Assembly (NCBI GenBank): GCA_002441245.1
Contig: DJVP01000001.1
Location: 1,215-65,214, forward strand
Direction of reading: 5' to 3'
Length of the DNA: 64,000 bases
Source: Candidatus Omnitrophica bacterium UBA6253
GTDB lineage: Bacteria; Omnitrophota; Gorgyraeia; Gygaellales; Profunditerraquicolaceae
Below, in pieces: positions 37,841 to 49,160 of this stretch. The translations under genes and the position numbers were made by a program. The stretch's first letter is position 1; each line of letters starts with the position of its first letter. The notes under the pieces are model-generated. The model searched no databases, was not told the origin of the DNA, and saw only the letters and a list, made by a program, of their open reading frames with translations.

Positions 37841-38407
37841 ATGAATGAGATGAAAGATCACAATAACCATAAGGACAATAAAGAGACTAAAGAGGTTAAG
37901 GAGAGCAAGGGGCTAGATACGGTTACGCTTAAGGAATCCGAATACAATGAGCTTAAGGACGCGGCGGAAAGATCCAAGGATATCCAGGATAAGTTGTTGC
38001 GTTCCCATGCAGATTTTGAGAATATGCGCAAACGCCTTGAGCGGGAGAAGCAGGATTTCCTTAAGTATGCCAATGAGGGGATAGTTTTAGAGTTGTTGAA
38101 TGTCCTGGATGATTTGGAGCGTGTGATAGATCTGGCCGAAGATAAGCATGAAGACCTCAATGCTTTTTTAAAAGGCGTGGAGATGATCCTGGCGCATATT
38201 TATGAGCTGCTTAAAACGCACGGGGTTAAGCCAATTGAGGCTGAGGGTAAGGTTTTTGATCCGAATTACCACGAGGCTCTTGTACAGGTAGAAAATAAGG
38301 ATTTGCCGGAAAATACGATCGTTGAGGTTTTACAAAAAGGATACTTAATGTATGAGCGGGTAATCAGGACCGCCAAAGTAAAAGTTTCTAAAAAAATAGG
38401 AGGTTAA
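37841..38407 (+). CDS. grpE: nucleotide exchange factor GrpE
   Basis: A coiled-coil N-terminus and a GrpE C-terminal beta-domain are present ([15 protein letters not shown]...[20 protein letters not shown]). Confidence 0.85.
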   Translation: MNEMKDHNNHKDNKETKEVKESKGLDTVTLKESEYNELKDAAERSKDIQDKLLRSHADFENMRKRLEREKQDFLKYANEGIVLELLNVLDDLERVIDLAEDKHEDLNAFLKGVEMILAHIYELLKTHGVKPIEAEGKVFDPNYHEALVQVENKDLPENTIVEVLQKGYLMYERVIRTAKVKVSKKIGG

Positions 38408-38409
38408 TT

Positions 38410-40302
38410 ATGGCAAAGGTAATCGGTATTGACTTGGGTACATCTAATTCAGCGGCTGCGGTTATGGAAGGCGGCAGGCCGGTAATCATTCCATCGGCAG
38501 AAGGTGCAGGAGTTGCCTCTGGCAAGGCGTTTCCTTCTTATGTTGCATTTACTAAAGATGGGCAGCGTTTGGTTGGTGAGCCGGCAAGGCGTCAGGCTGC
38601 GATTAATGCCGAGGGTACTATTCAAGCCGCAAAACGCAAGATGGGCACGGATTTTAAATTCAAGGCCTATGGTAAAGATTATACCCCACAGCAAATTTCA
38701 GCTTTTATTCTGCAGAAAATTAAAGCTGATTCGGAAGCTTACCTGGGAGACAAGGTTGAAGAAGTAGTAATTACCTGTCCAGCATATTTTAATGATAACC
38801 AGCGTCAGGCAACCAAGGATGCAGGTGAGATTGCCGGGTTAAAAGTTTTACGTATTATCAATGAGCCAACGGCAGCATGCCTGGCTTATGGTTTAGAGAA
38901 AGCTGATAAAGAACAGAAGATCCTGGTATTTGATTTAGGGGGAGGTACTCTTGATGTAACAATCATGGAGATGGCTTCCGGAGTATTTCATGTTCAGTCA
39001 ACAAGCGGCGATACGCAGCTTGGCGGCACGGACATGGATAAGGTGATTTTAGAGTATATTGTAAGCCAGTTTAAACGAGAAACAGGTATTGATTTAATGA
39101 ACGATAAAATGGCCGTGCAGCGGGTACGTGAAGGTGCTGAAAAAGCTAAGATAGAGCTATCTTCAACCGTGAGCACTGATATTAACCTGCCATTTATTAC
39201 TGCCGATGCCACGGGTCCTAAGCATTTAACGATGACTATTACGCGTGCAAAGTTGGAAGATTTGGTTAGGCCGATCATAGATAGATGTCAGCATCCTGTG
39301 GACCAAGCATTAAGTGATGCTAAGTTAACAGTGAAAGAGGTTGATCGTATTATTATGGTTGGCGGGCCAACACGTATGCCTGTAGTGCAGAAGTTTCTGG
39401 AAGATTATGTAGGCAAAAAAATTGAACGCGGTGTGGACCCTATGGAATGCGTTGCTTTGGGCGCAGCAATTCAGGCAGCGATTATTACCGGAGAGGTTAA
39501 GGATGTTCTTCTGCTGGATGTTACGCCGCTTTCGTTGGGAATTGAGACGTTGGGCGGGGTGAATACTAAGTTAATTGAAAGAAACGCATCTGTGCCTACT
39601 CAAAAAAGCCAGATATTCTCAACTGCTGCGGATAATCAAACTGCAGTTACTATCCGCGTTTTGCAAGGCGAACGCCCCTTGGCTAATGATAATGTGGAGT
39701 TGGGGCGTTTTGATTTGGTGGGTATTCCAGCAGCTCAGCGTGGCGTGCCGCAGATTGAAGTAAAATTTGATATTGATCGCGATGGTATTGTACATGTTTC
39801 AGCAAAAGATTTAGGTACAGGTAAAGAGCAGTCGATCAAAATTACTGCGCCTAAGAAATTGTCAAAAGAAGAGATTGATAAAATGGTTAAAGACGCAGAA
39901 AAGTTTGCTGCTGATGATGCAAAGAAGAAAGAGGAGATCGAAGCGATCAACCAGGCGGATAATCTGGTTTACGCAACTGAAAAATCGCTTAAGGAATATG
40001 GCGATAAAGTAAACCAGGCAGAGCGTGCTGATATCGAAGCTAAAGCCAATGATTTAAAAAACGCCATAAAGGATAAAAACGTTGAGCGCATTAAAAAGGG
40101 GATGGATGAATTAACTACTGCTTCGCATAAATTGGCAGAAGAGATATATAAGCAAACTGCAGCTAAACAAGCCGCGGATAACAAGCAATCTGCCAATCAA
40201 AATCCCAATGAATCAAAAGGAGCGGAGCAGGGGCCTGAAAAAAACGCGCAAGCCGATGAGGTTATTGACGCTGAATTTAAGGAAGAAGACGATAAAAAAT
40301 AA
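38410..40302 (+). CDS. dnaK: molecular chaperone DnaK (Hsp70)
   Basis: [25 protein letters not shown] and [18 protein letters not shown] are Hsp70 signatures. The protein is 630 aa. Confidence 0.95.
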   Translation: MAKVIGIDLGTSNSAAAVMEGGRPVIIPSAEGAGVASGKAFPSYVAFTKDGQRLVGEPARRQAAINAEGTIQAAKRKMGTDFKFKAYGKDYTPQQISAFILQKIKADSEAYLGDKVEEVVITCPAYFNDNQRQATKDAGEIAGLKVLRIINEPTAACLAYGLEKADKEQKILVFDLGGGTLDVTIMEMASGVFHVQSTSGDTQLGGTDMDKVILEYIVSQFKRETGIDLMNDKMAVQRVREGAEKAKIELSSTVSTDINLPFITADATGPKHLTMTITRAKLEDLVRPIIDRCQHPVDQALSDAKLTVKEVDRIIMVGGPTRMPVVQKFLEDYVGKKIERGVDPMECVALGAAIQAAIITGEVKDVLLLDVTPLSLGIETLGGVNTKLIERNASVPTQKSQIFSTAADNQTAVTIRVLQGERPLANDNVELGRFDLVGIPAAQRGVPQIEVKFDIDRDGIVHVSAKDLGTGKEQSIKITAPKKLSKEEIDKMVKDAEKFAADDAKKKEEIEAINQADNLVYATEKSLKEYGDKVNQAERADIEAKANDLKNAIKDKNVERIKKGMDELTTASHKLAEEIYKQTAAKQAADNKQSANQNPNESKGAEQGPEKNAQADEVIDAEFKEEDDKK

Positions 40303-40366
40303 GTGAGGCTTAAGTTTACGGAAAGAAGTAAACGTAAATTTGTTGGCTGAACTTATCCCGATGGGT

Positions 40367-40404
40367 GAATGTACTAAAATTTTTAAACAAATTTTAGTAC
40401 ATTC
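40367..40404 (+). repeat. perfect 16-bp inverted repeat (hairpin) in the dnaK-dnaJ intergenic region
   Basis: GAATGTACTAAAATTT, a 6-nt loop ttaaac, and AAATTTTAGTACATTC. No T-tract follows. Confidence 0.6.
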
Positions 40405-40426
40405 ATAAGCCGGGGCAAAATTAAAT

Positions 40427-41590
40427 ATGTCTAGCAAGCGAGATTATTACGAAATACTGGGGATTCAAAAGAGCGCAAGCATCGATGAGATAAAAAAGGC
40501 TTATCGAGAGCTTGCGCTACGTTTTCATCCTGACCGCGTTCCGCAAGACCAAAAGAAAGCAGCTGAAGAGAGATTTAAAGAGATGTCCGAAGCCTATGCT
40601 GTACTTTCGGATACTCAGAAACGTTCTCTTTATGACCAATATGGTCATTCAGGAATAGACCAAAAATATGCTCAAGAAGATATCTTTAAAGGCGCTGATT
40701 TTAGCAGTATTTTCAGGGAAATGGGCGGCGGTTTTGGGTCAGGCGGGAGCATATTTGAAGAGATATTCGGGGATCTTGGTTTTGATATTTCTGGCGGCCG
40801 GCAATCAAAGTCCCAGTCCGGACGGCGCCGTGGCAGGGATTTGCAGATTGCCATCGATATTTCACTAGAGGAGGCAGCGCAAGGGCTTGAGAGGATTATT
40901 ACCGTGCCGCGTTATGAAACCTGTACCAGCTGTGGAGGCAGTGGGGCAAAGGCAGGGACAAAAAGAAATACCTGTCCTCAGTGTAAAGGATCCGGCAGGA
41001 CGGTTGTTTCTAATGGTTTCTTTCAGCTAGCCCAGACTTGCTCGCGCTGTGGAGGGGAGGGGTCAGTTATCCAATCTCCTTGCCCGGATTGCCGAGGAGA
41101 GGGCAAGGTTAAAGTTACCAAAAAGATTAAAGTTAAGATCCCTGCGGGTGTAGACACCGGATCTCAATTACGTGTGCGTCAGGAAGGAGAGGCCGGTATA
41201 AGCAGCCGGGGTGATCTTTATGTAGTTGTTGAAGTCAGGCCGCATGATGTATTTGAAAGGCATAATAATGATATTATTACATCAGTCAATATCAGTTTGG
41301 CCAAGGCCGTTTTAGGTGCTGAGGTAGAAGTTCCTGCCCTAGAGGGAAGGTTAACAATGAAGATACCAGCGGGAACGCAATGCGGTAAGATTTTCCGCCT
41401 TAAAGGTAAAGGAATACCGGATTTGCACTCCCGGGATATAGGAGATGAACTGGTGAGGGTGAATATTGATATTCCGATGAGGCTATCCAGCCAACAAAGG
41501 CAGTTAATAGAAGAATTTGCCCGTATTAGCGGCGAAGACTTAGGGGTTAAGGACAATTTTACCGAGAGGTTTAAGAAATCATTCCGATAG
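40427..41590 (+). CDS. dnaJ: molecular chaperone DnaJ
   Basis: The J-domain (HPD in RFHPDRV), a Gly/Phe-rich linker and four CxxCxGxG zinc-finger repeats are present. Confidence 0.9.
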   Translation: MSSKRDYYEILGIQKSASIDEIKKAYRELALRFHPDRVPQDQKKAAEERFKEMSEAYAVLSDTQKRSLYDQYGHSGIDQKYAQEDIFKGADFSSIFREMGGGFGSGGSIFEEIFGDLGFDISGGRQSKSQSGRRRGRDLQIAIDISLEEAAQGLERIITVPRYETCTSCGGSGAKAGTKRNTCPQCKGSGRTVVSNGFFQLAQTCSRCGGEGSVIQSPCPDCRGEGKVKVTKKIKVKIPAGVDTGSQLRVRQEGEAGISSRGDLYVVVEVRPHDVFERHNNDIITSVNISLAKAVLGAEVEVPALEGRLTMKIPAGTQCGKIFRLKGKGIPDLHSRDIGDELVRVNIDIPMRLSSQQRQLIEEFARISGEDLGVKDNFTERFKKSFR

Positions 41591-41602
41591 TTGGGGGAAA
41601 AT

Positions 41603-41863
41603 ATGCCTACATATGAATATGAGTGCTTGTCTTGTAATCATAAATTTGAAGTTTTGCAGAGTATAAAAGCAAAGCCAATAACTAAATGCCCTAAATGTTT
41701 AAAGAAAGTCAGGAAATTAATCAGTAGTACAGGAGGGTTTATCTTTAAGGGGGCGGGCTTTTATGCTACAGATTATAAGAAAGCAACCAAAACTTCAGAA
41801 AGCGCTAACGCTGTCTCCTGCCCTAAGGCGAAACAAGGATGTTCCGGTTGCTCTGGCCACTAA
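41603..41863 (+). CDS. FmdB-family zinc-ribbon protein
   Basis: MPTYEYECLSCNHKFEVLQSIKAKPITKCPKC is the FmdB/CxxC-x(n)-CxxC signature. Confidence 0.6.
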   Translation: MPTYEYECLSCNHKFEVLQSIKAKPITKCPKCLKKVRKLISSTGGFIFKGAGFYATDYKKATKTSESANAVSCPKAKQGCSGCSGH

Positions 41864-41957
41864 GGTGATAAAAAAGCTTTAAAATTATTGTTTTTATTAT
41901 TTTATATGGTAAAATTATCCTTATATTATTAAGTCAGTTTTTTCTATTGAGTATTTA

Positions 41958-43253
41958 ATGTCCAAGATAAAAGCTTTTAAAGCGGTAGTTTATAACCCAG
42001 AGAAAGTAAAAGATTTCAATCAGGTTGTTTGCCCGCCATACGATGTAATCTCCCCGCTTGCCCAGGAAGCCTACCATGAGCGTTCCCCTTATAATTTTAT
42101 TCATATACTTTTATCTAAGGATACAGCCTCTGACGATAAATACCGCAGGGCAGGTTTGATATTCCGGGATTGGCTTAAAGAAAAAGTGTTTGTCCAGGAT
42201 TGTCGGCCGGCTATTTATTTTTATAGTCAACAGTATATCATCAGAGGGGAGAAAAAAACTCGCCTGGGATTTATTTCTTTGCTTAAACTTGGAGATGAAA
42301 AGGGATCGGCTGTTTTTGGCCATGAAAATACGCATGCGGAAGCCAAGCAGGACCGTTTTAAGCTACTCAAACAGGTAAAGGCAAACCTTAGCCCGATTTT
42401 TGTTATTTTCCTGGATAAAAAAAGGATAATCCAGCGGATATTCCATAAGTATATCTCTAGTGAAAATGCATTTATTGAAGTTATCGATGATGAGAAAACA
42501 GTGCATAAGTTGTGGCGCCTGGATGACCCGCTAGTATTGGGATCGATTGAAACCAGCATGAATAATGAGAATATGTTTATCGCAGACGGCCATCATCGTT
42601 ATGAAGTTTCTTGTGCCTACCGAGACCTTATGCGTGAAAAGTTAGGCGCGCAATTTTCCGGAGAAGAAGATTTTAATTATTGCCTGTCTTATTTTACCAA
42701 TACGGATTCCCGGGGCCTGTCAATTTCCCCTATCCACCGTTTATTTAAATTAGAAACTGAATTAGACTTGTCGGATTTTATTTTGAATGCCAAAGAATAT
42801 TTTGATGTAGATCAGGTTAAAGACAAAACCCGTTTTTTCTTTCTCATGGAAAAAGCCGGATGCACCGAGCATCTCTTGGGATTATATAAAGATAAAAAGT
42901 ATTATCTTCTACGGTTAAAAAATATAAAAATCCTGGATAAGCTAATCGCTGATAAGCCCAAAGAATACAGGACCCTGGACGTGGCTATTCTTAACCATCT
43001 TGTATTAAAAAACATTTTAAGTTTTGACTTGGAAAAGCTTCCTGGCGTAAGATATGACCCCGATCCTGAGGAATTTATTAAAGAAGTTGATGATGATCCC
43101 CTGAAGATAGCTTTCTTTTTGAATCCGGTTAAAATAGGCCAGATTATTGATGTTGCTTTAGGCGGGAACAAAATGCCCCCCAAGTCCACATATTTTTATC
43201 CCAAGGTACTTTCGGGATTAGTAATTAATAAATTAGAAGAGATCAAGAGTTAA
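41958..43253 (+). CDS. DUF1015-family protein
   Basis: The N-terminus IKAFKAVVYNPEKV...VVCPPYDVIS is the DUF1015 hallmark. Confidence 0.6.
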   Translation: MSKIKAFKAVVYNPEKVKDFNQVVCPPYDVISPLAQEAYHERSPYNFIHILLSKDTASDDKYRRAGLIFRDWLKEKVFVQDCRPAIYFYSQQYIIRGEKKTRLGFISLLKLGDEKGSAVFGHENTHAEAKQDRFKLLKQVKANLSPIFVIFLDKKRIIQRIFHKYISSENAFIEVIDDEKTVHKLWRLDDPLVLGSIETSMNNENMFIADGHHRYEVSCAYRDLMREKLGAQFSGEEDFNYCLSYFTNTDSRGLSISPIHRLFKLETELDLSDFILNAKEYFDVDQVKDKTRFFFLMEKAGCTEHLLGLYKDKKYYLLRLKNIKILDKLIADKPKEYRTLDVAILNHLVLKNILSFDLEKLPGVRYDPDPEEFIKEVDDDPLKIAFFLNPVKIGQIIDVALGGNKMPPKSTYFYPKVLSGLVINKLEEIKS

Positions 43254-43269
43254 CGTTTATTAAATCAAC

Positions 43270-44109
43270 ATGGCCTTATTCGGTAAACCAAAATATACAA
43301 TAGTGCGAGTAAAGAAAAAGGAGATGCCGGATGGTTTATGGACAAAATGTGAGGGATGTTTAGAGACGCTTTATAATAAGACCCTGGAAGAGAATCTTAA
43401 GGTTTGTCCGAAATGTAACTATCACTTTGGGCTGACTGCTTATGAGAGGATAAATATATTATTTGACAAGGACACCTTTTCCGAGTTTGATAAAGATATG
43501 CTTGCGGTTGACCCGCTTGATTTTAAAGGCCCAAAGACCTATAGAGAGAAATTAAAGCAGGACCAGGAATCAACGGGGTTAAAGGATGCGGTTATTTCTG
43601 GTGAAGGCAAGATTGAGGGTAAACAGGCAGTAATTGCTGTAACTGATTCGCGTTTTATAATGGGGTCTATGGGGTCGGTTGTAGGCGAGAAAATAACCCG
43701 GGCTATTGAATATGCCACTAAGCATAAGCTCCCCGTGGTTATTGTTTCCGGTTCAGGAGGGGGCGCGCGTATGTATGAAGGGATGTATAGCCTTATGCAG
43801 ATGGCTAAAACTTGCGCTGCCCTATCTTACCATCATAAGGAAAGGTTGTTGTACGTATCCGTACTTACCAATCCTACGATGGCAGGGATTATGGCTTCGT
43901 TTGCCGGGGTTGGAGATATAATTATGGCTGAACCTAATGCCCTGATTGGTTTTACCGGACCGCGGGTCATTGAACAGACAATAAGGCAAAAGCTTCCTAT
44001 TGGTTTCCAGCGTTCGGAGTTTTTGTTGGATCACGGGCTTATTGATATGATTGTGCATCGTAAGAATATGAAAAATAATCTTAGCCAATTGCTTGATTAT
44101 TTTAGTTAA
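43270..44109 (+). CDS. accD: acetyl-CoA carboxylase carboxyltransferase subunit beta
   Basis: An N-terminal Zn ribbon (CEGC...CPKC) precedes a carboxyltransferase domain (GSMGSVVGEK, VSGSGGGARMYEG). Confidence 0.85.
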   Translation: MALFGKPKYTIVRVKKKEMPDGLWTKCEGCLETLYNKTLEENLKVCPKCNYHFGLTAYERINILFDKDTFSEFDKDMLAVDPLDFKGPKTYREKLKQDQESTGLKDAVISGEGKIEGKQAVIAVTDSRFIMGSMGSVVGEKITRAIEYATKHKLPVVIVSGSGGGARMYEGMYSLMQMAKTCAALSYHHKERLLYVSVLTNPTMAGIMASFAGVGDIIMAEPNALIGFTGPRVIEQTIRQKLPIGFQRSEFLLDHGLIDMIVHRKNMKNNLSQLLDYFS

Positions 44110-44125
44110 AAAGGAGTGTAATTAA

Positions 44126-45229
44126 ATGGCTCAGGTAAGCTTGAAGAATGTGTGTAAGGTTTTCCCGGGTAATGTTATGGCGGTCAATAACGTTAATCTG
44201 GGTATTGAAAACAAAGAGTTTATGGTTTTAGTAGGCCCTTCAGGTTGCGGTAAATCCACTACCTTAAGGATGATCGCCGGGCTTGAAGATATAAGCTCAG
44301 GGGATGTTTATATAGGTAATAAGCGGGTCAATGATGTGCCGGCTAAAGACCGGGATATCGCTATGGTTTTCCAGAATTACGCCCTTTATCCGCATATGAC
44401 TGTTTTTGAAAATATGTCATTCGGCCTGAGGCTCAGGCATATCCCCAAACAGGAAATTATTCAGAGGGTCAGCGAGGCTGCGGATATATTGGGTATTAAG
44501 CGTTTATTGAATCGTAAACCCCGTGAGCTTTCCGGTGGGGAACGCCAGCGCGTGGCAGTGGGAAGAGCAATTGTGCGTAAGCCCATGGTTTTCCTGTTTG
44601 ATGAACCTTTAAGTAATCTTGACGCCAAAATGCGCGTACAGATGCGCACCGAAATCCATAAATTGCACATAAGGCTGCAGACCACGATTATTTATGTTAC
44701 TCATGACCAGGTTGAAGCTATGACCATGGGGGATCGTATTGCGGTAATGAAAGATGGCATTCTTAACCAGTTAGATGACCCTATTGATGTTTATGACCAT
44801 CCGAAAAATAAGTTTGTCGCCAGTTTCATAGGCTCTCCTCCGATGAATATTATGCAGGGAAGGATTATTAAGAAAGAGGGAAGGCTATATTTCGATGAAG
44901 GTAAAATCCAGGTTAAGCTGGTTGAGGATATGCATAAGAAGATGGCCAGTTATGTCGGCAGCGAGATACTTTTTGGCATCCGTTCCGAGGATGTATATGA
45001 TAAATTGTTTGTTTCCGAGGCCCCTCCGGAGAATATTGTCAGGGTAAACTGTGAAGTATTTGAACCAATGGGTTCAGAGGTCTATCTTTACCTTAATACA
45101 GGCAGGCATACCTTTATCGCCCGCGTCGGCGCGCATGACCGGCCGAAGGTTAACCAGGAGATGGACGTAGTCTTCGATATGAGCAAGGTCCACTTTTTCG
45201 ATAAAAACACCGAAGAGACTATTGTTTAA
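44126..45229 (+). CDS. ABC transporter ATP-binding protein (MalK/UgpC-like, with a C-terminal TOBE-like domain); no adjacent permease
   Basis: Walker A is GPSGCGKST, the signature is [14 protein letters not shown], Walker B is VFLFDEP and the H-loop is YVTHDQ. Confidence 0.8.
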   Translation: MAQVSLKNVCKVFPGNVMAVNNVNLGIENKEFMVLVGPSGCGKSTTLRMIAGLEDISSGDVYIGNKRVNDVPAKDRDIAMVFQNYALYPHMTVFENMSFGLRLRHIPKQEIIQRVSEAADILGIKRLLNRKPRELSGGERQRVAVGRAIVRKPMVFLFDEPLSNLDAKMRVQMRTEIHKLHIRLQTTIIYVTHDQVEAMTMGDRIAVMKDGILNQLDDPIDVYDHPKNKFVASFIGSPPMNIMQGRIIKKEGRLYFDEGKIQVKLVEDMHKKMASYVGSEILFGIRSEDVYDKLFVSEAPPENIVRVNCEVFEPMGSEVYLYLNTGRHTFIARVGAHDRPKVNQEMDVVFDMSKVHFFDKNTEETIV

Positions 45230-45260
45230 GTTTTAACTCCCGGATTAGTTAGAAGGCTAT

Positions 45261-46544
45261 ATGCAGCAGAAAATTACCCGGAAAAAGATTTGTCTTCTTT
45301 TATCGCTTGCTTGTCTTATCGCCCTAATAATCAATTTCCTGATTTTTCATCAAATAATCAGTCTGAGCATCTTTTTTATTTTCATATTAACCAATATCAT
45401 TGGTTTTTTCTACTTGTTGCAGTTATTCTCCAACAGGAATTCTTTGGTTGAATCTCAGATTGAAAATATAAAAGAACAGATTAATATTATTAATGCTGAG
45501 AGCGTAAAAGCCCAGGAGTTTGGCGCCGCGCTTAAATTCAGGATTACCCGTTACGATAACCTGAAAAAGGTTATCGAGGAACTCAATCACAGTTTAAGGC
45601 TGGAGATTGTTGTTAAGGTATTAAGCTCTACCGTTTATTTCCTAATCTCAAATTCCTGTGGATCTGCGCTTTTTTATCTGCTGGATACCCATACTCAGAA
45701 ATTAAGCCTTATACACTCAATAAAAGAAGACAGCCGCCTGGTTATTCTTTCTAAGGAGGGGGATATCTTTGATTACTGGGTATTAAGGCATTCCCGCGAA
45801 CTCATTATTGAAGATTTAAAAAATGATTTTCGTTTTGATCTGGATACTGTGCGCAGCCAGGAGATGCGCCCGGTTTTATCACTGATTAGCTCCCCCTTGA
45901 TTAGCCATAATTCTCTGCTTGGTTTATTGCGACTGGAAAGCGACAAGAGAGGCTCTTTTAACCAGGATGATTTACGTTTTCTTTCTTTGGTTTCAGGCCT
46001 TGGCGCGGTAGCCCTGGAAAATAGTTTGCTTTTTCAGAAAACTCAGGATTTGGCTATCCACGATGATTTGACTGGGCTTTATACAAAGCAGTATTTTATC
46101 AGCAGGTTAAAAGATGAAGCTAAGCGTTGCCAGCGCCTTGATCAACGCCTGGCTTTAATGATGATCGATATCGATTTCTTTAAACAGTATAATGATAGAT
46201 TTGGTCATACTGCCGGGGATATTGTTTTAAAAAAGGTAAGTTCTTTATTGAAAGAGAGTTTAAGCCAGCTTAATCCTTTGCTATGCCGGTTTGGGGGAGA
46301 GGAGTTTTTGGTTATGTTGCCGGAGATAGACAAGCAAAGAGCCTTGGAAATTGCAGAAGAGCTGCGTCAGAGGATTGGAATGGAAAAAATTCTGTTGCGC
46401 CGTCAAAACACATCTATTACGGTTTCTATCGGACTGGCCTGTCTGCCTCTTGATACAAAGGATGAGGATGAATTAATTCAAAAAGCTGATAAGTCTATGT
46501 ATGACGCTAAGCGTAAAGGAAGAAACAGGGTATGCTATACATAA
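45261..46544 (+). CDS. membrane-anchored GAF-GGDEF diguanylate cyclase
   Basis: N-terminal TM helices precede a GAF-like region and a GGDEF domain with an intact GGEEF (RFGGEEFLVML) and an RxxD-like I-site region. Confidence 0.75.
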   Translation: MQQKITRKKICLLLSLACLIALIINFLIFHQIISLSIFFIFILTNIIGFFYLLQLFSNRNSLVESQIENIKEQINIINAESVKAQEFGAALKFRITRYDNLKKVIEELNHSLRLEIVVKVLSSTVYFLISNSCGSALFYLLDTHTQKLSLIHSIKEDSRLVILSKEGDIFDYWVLRHSRELIIEDLKNDFRFDLDTVRSQEMRPVLSLISSPLISHNSLLGLLRLESDKRGSFNQDDLRFLSLVSGLGAVALENSLLFQKTQDLAIHDDLTGLYTKQYFISRLKDEAKRCQRLDQRLALMMIDIDFFKQYNDRFGHTAGDIVLKKVSSLLKESLSQLNPLLCRFGGEEFLVMLPEIDKQRALEIAEELRQRIGMEKILLRRQNTSITVSIGLACLPLDTKDEDELIQKADKSMYDAKRKGRNRVCYT

Positions 46545-47527
46545 TATTATTCTTAATTTTAACAGTTAGCCTGATAATGTTCTTATATTATACGTTATCC
46601 GGGCGCCTTAAGCGCAGGGAAGCTGAAGGCGCCGATTTGCTAAATCAGCTTAATATCCTGAAAGAAGGCAAACAGGTTTTGAATTTAGAGAATATGGGGC
46701 TGAATAAGATTTTTGTAGAAACTCTTGCGCTTTATGAGCTGACTAAGGATATCTGCAAGGGGCTGGACGAGGAAAAAATATTTACTATCTTTCGCGATAA
46801 CCTAAGTAAACATATTAATTTTAGAGCCTGTCAATATATCAAGGATAGCGTGGAATTGATTAAATATAAAGATTATATGATACTGCCTTTGAATACCGAG
46901 GAGAATCAGGCTGCCGGATATCTTGCGGTGGATGGTATTTCGGATGCGGATAGGGAAAAATTTGGGATTCTTGCTCAGCAGCTTCTAATCGGCCTTAGAA
47001 GGGCGCACCTTTATCAAAAGGTTCAGGAGATGGCTATTACTGATTCGCTTACTCAGGTTTATTGCCGAAGGTATTTTCTTGAGCGTTTTAGCGAAGAACT
47101 TAAGCGTTCCAGGAAAAATAAGCTGCACCTTTGTTTTCTTATGATTGACCTGGATAATTTTAAACAGTTCAATGACCGCTATGGGCATCTGGTCGGCGAT
47201 GCTATACTGCGGCAGGTTTCCAAGACCATATGTGATATGGTCAGGCAGATAGATTTTATCGGCCGCTATGGTGGAGAGGAACTCGCCATAGTTTTAGCCG
47301 AAACTGATAAGGAGCAGGCCAGTTTTGCCGCTGAGCGCATACGTCAGGCAATTGAGGCTTCGATAATCAAGGCTTATGATGAAGAATTGAGGGTAACCGT
47401 AAGTATCGGTGTTTCTACCTTTCCGGACAATACTGATCATATGCGTGATTTAATTGAAATGGCGGATCAGGCCCTGTATCTGGCGAAGGAGACCGGAAAG
47501 AATAAGGTTTGTTTCTGTCCTGCCTAG
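46532..47527 (+). CDS. GGDEF-domain protein with a variant GGEEL motif
   Basis: An N-terminal TM helix and coiled-coil/GAF-like region precede a GGDEF domain whose motif is RYGGEELAIVL, with Phe replaced by Leu. Confidence 0.7.
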   Translation: MLYIILFLILTVSLIMFLYYTLSGRLKRREAEGADLLNQLNILKEGKQVLNLENMGLNKIFVETLALYELTKDICKGLDEEKIFTIFRDNLSKHINFRACQYIKDSVELIKYKDYMILPLNTEENQAAGYLAVDGISDADREKFGILAQQLLIGLRRAHLYQKVQEMAITDSLTQVYCRRYFLERFSEELKRSRKNKLHLCFLMIDLDNFKQFNDRYGHLVGDAILRQVSKTICDMVRQIDFIGRYGGEELAIVLAETDKEQASFAAERIRQAIEASIIKAYDEELRVTVSIGVSTFPDNTDHMRDLIEMADQALYLAKETGKNKVCFCPA

Positions 47528-47577
47528 CACGAACTTATCCCTTGAAAAATTATGGTTTTTAATATAGAATACCACCC

Positions 47578-48504
47578 ATGGTTAAACATTTTATTATTGC
47601 TATAGATTTAGGCGGCACTAACTTAAAATGCGCCTTACTCGATAGCGCCTTAAAGATTAAAGCCAAAAGTTGTTTTAGTACAAAGAGTTTTAATAATAAA
47701 CAAAAACTTATTGGCGGCATAATTGATTCCATAAATAGCTTTATTTTAAAGCTAAATTTAACCAAGAATTCTATTCTGGGTGTTGGTATTGGTTTACCTG
47801 GGCCGGTAGATACCGCTAAGGGGGTGGTGCATTTTCTGCCGAATATCCCGGGATGGAAAGAAGTAGGTTTAAAGAATATCCTTGAGAAAATAATAAAATT
47901 ACCGGTTTTTATCGATAATGACGCTAAATTAATGGCTTTGGCGGAGCATAAGTCCGGCTCGGCAAAAGGGTATAGTAATGTCTTATGCCTGACCTTGGGC
48001 ACGGGGGTAGGGGGTGGTTTGATTATCGGCAATTCTCTTTATCGGGGAAGAGATAATGCCGCTGGTGAAGTTGGGCATATTCCTCTTAATGAGCGTGGTC
48101 CTGTTTGTGGTTGTGGCTCAGAGGCTTGCCTTGAGGTATATGTGGGTAACGCCAGAATTATAGAGGATGCGCGTAAATTATTCGGTTCTAAGATTACCCT
48201 GGAAGAGGTAAGTCGATTGGCGCAGGGTGATAATATTAAAGCTATGAAATTCTGGGATGAGGTTGGTGGAAAGATAGGTTTAGCTTTAAGCGGAATAGTG
48301 AACTTGCTTAATCTTGATGCAATTGTTATCGGCGGCGGGATATCCAGTGCGGGCAATGCTTTGTTTAAAAGCGTTAAATATACTATTCTTGCACGCGCAA
48401 TGAGCGTGCAGGCAAAAAGGGTCAGGATATTTAAGGCAAAATTGGCTAATAATGCCGGAATAATCGGGGCAGGATATTTAGTAAGAGAGAGGTTGATAAG
48501 ATGA
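47578..48504 (+). CDS. ROK-family glucokinase
   Basis: [16 protein letters not shown] is present, along with the ROK zinc motif [19 protein letters not shown]. Confidence 0.75.
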   Translation: MVKHFIIAIDLGGTNLKCALLDSALKIKAKSCFSTKSFNNKQKLIGGIIDSINSFILKLNLTKNSILGVGIGLPGPVDTAKGVVHFLPNIPGWKEVGLKNILEKIIKLPVFIDNDAKLMALAEHKSGSAKGYSNVLCLTLGTGVGGGLIIGNSLYRGRDNAAGEVGHIPLNERGPVCGCGSEACLEVYVGNARIIEDARKLFGSKITLEEVSRLAQGDNIKAMKFWDEVGGKIGLALSGIVNLLNLDAIVIGGGISSAGNALFKSVKYTILARAMSVQAKRVRIFKAKLANNAGIIGAGYLVRERLIR

Positions 48505-49160
48505 AAATTTTTATTGATACGGCAAGCGTTAAAGAGATAAAAGAGGCAGCCAGCCTTGGGCTTATTGACGGGGTAACTACTAACCCTACACTTATGGCTA
48601 AAGAGGGGCGCAATCCCGAGCAGGTGCTAAAAGAGATATGTGCATTAGTCAGTGGTCCGGTTAGCGCCGAGGTGATTAGTATTGAATCTTCCGGAATGGT
48701 TAATGAGGCTTATGAACTGGTTAAATTGGCTAAAAATATCGTGGTAAAAATCCCGCTTATAAGGGAAGGGTTGAAGGCGGTAAAGATTTTATCCTCACAG
48801 GGAATTAAAACCAATGTCACACTTTGCTTTTCCCCCACTCAAGCATTGTTGGCAGCTAAGGCAGGGGCAACTTATATTTCGCCTTTTATCGGCAGATTGG
48901 ATGATATCGCTCAGGAGGGGATTAGTTTAGTAGGCGATATAAAGAAAATTTATGAAAACTATAGTTTTAAAACCCAAATAATTGTTGCCTCTGTGCGCAA
49001 CCCAATGCATGTAGTTAATGCTGCCTTGATTGGGGCAGATATTGCCACGATTCCCTATTCTGTGATTGAACAGTTGATTAAACATCCTTTGACAGATACC
49101 GGATTAAGCAGGTTTCTGGAAGATTATAAGAAAATCCCTCAAACGAATAATGCTAAATAG
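48501..49160 (+). CDS. tal: short-type transaldolase / fructose-6-phosphate aldolase family
   Basis: [31 protein letters not shown] and the Schiff-base Lys region VVKIP are present. The protein is 219 aa. Confidence 0.75.
   Translation: MKIFIDTASVKEIKEAASLGLIDGVTTNPTLMAKEGRNPEQVLKEICALVSGPVSAEVISIESSGMVNEAYELVKLAKNIVVKIPLIREGLKAVKILSSQGIKTNVTLCFSPTQALLAAKAGATYISPFIGRLDDIAQEGISLVGDIKKIYENYSFKTQIIVASVRNPMHVVNAALIGADIATIPYSVIEQLIKHPLTDTGLSRFLEDYKKIPQTNNAK

Noticed and set aside
47559-48032. A 157-aa minus-strand ORF overlapping the ROK glucokinase gene
   Set aside because: It is entirely embedded in a + strand gene with strong family motifs. It has a low-complexity Pro/Ile/Phe-rich composition and no recognisable domain, so it is taken as a frame artefact.
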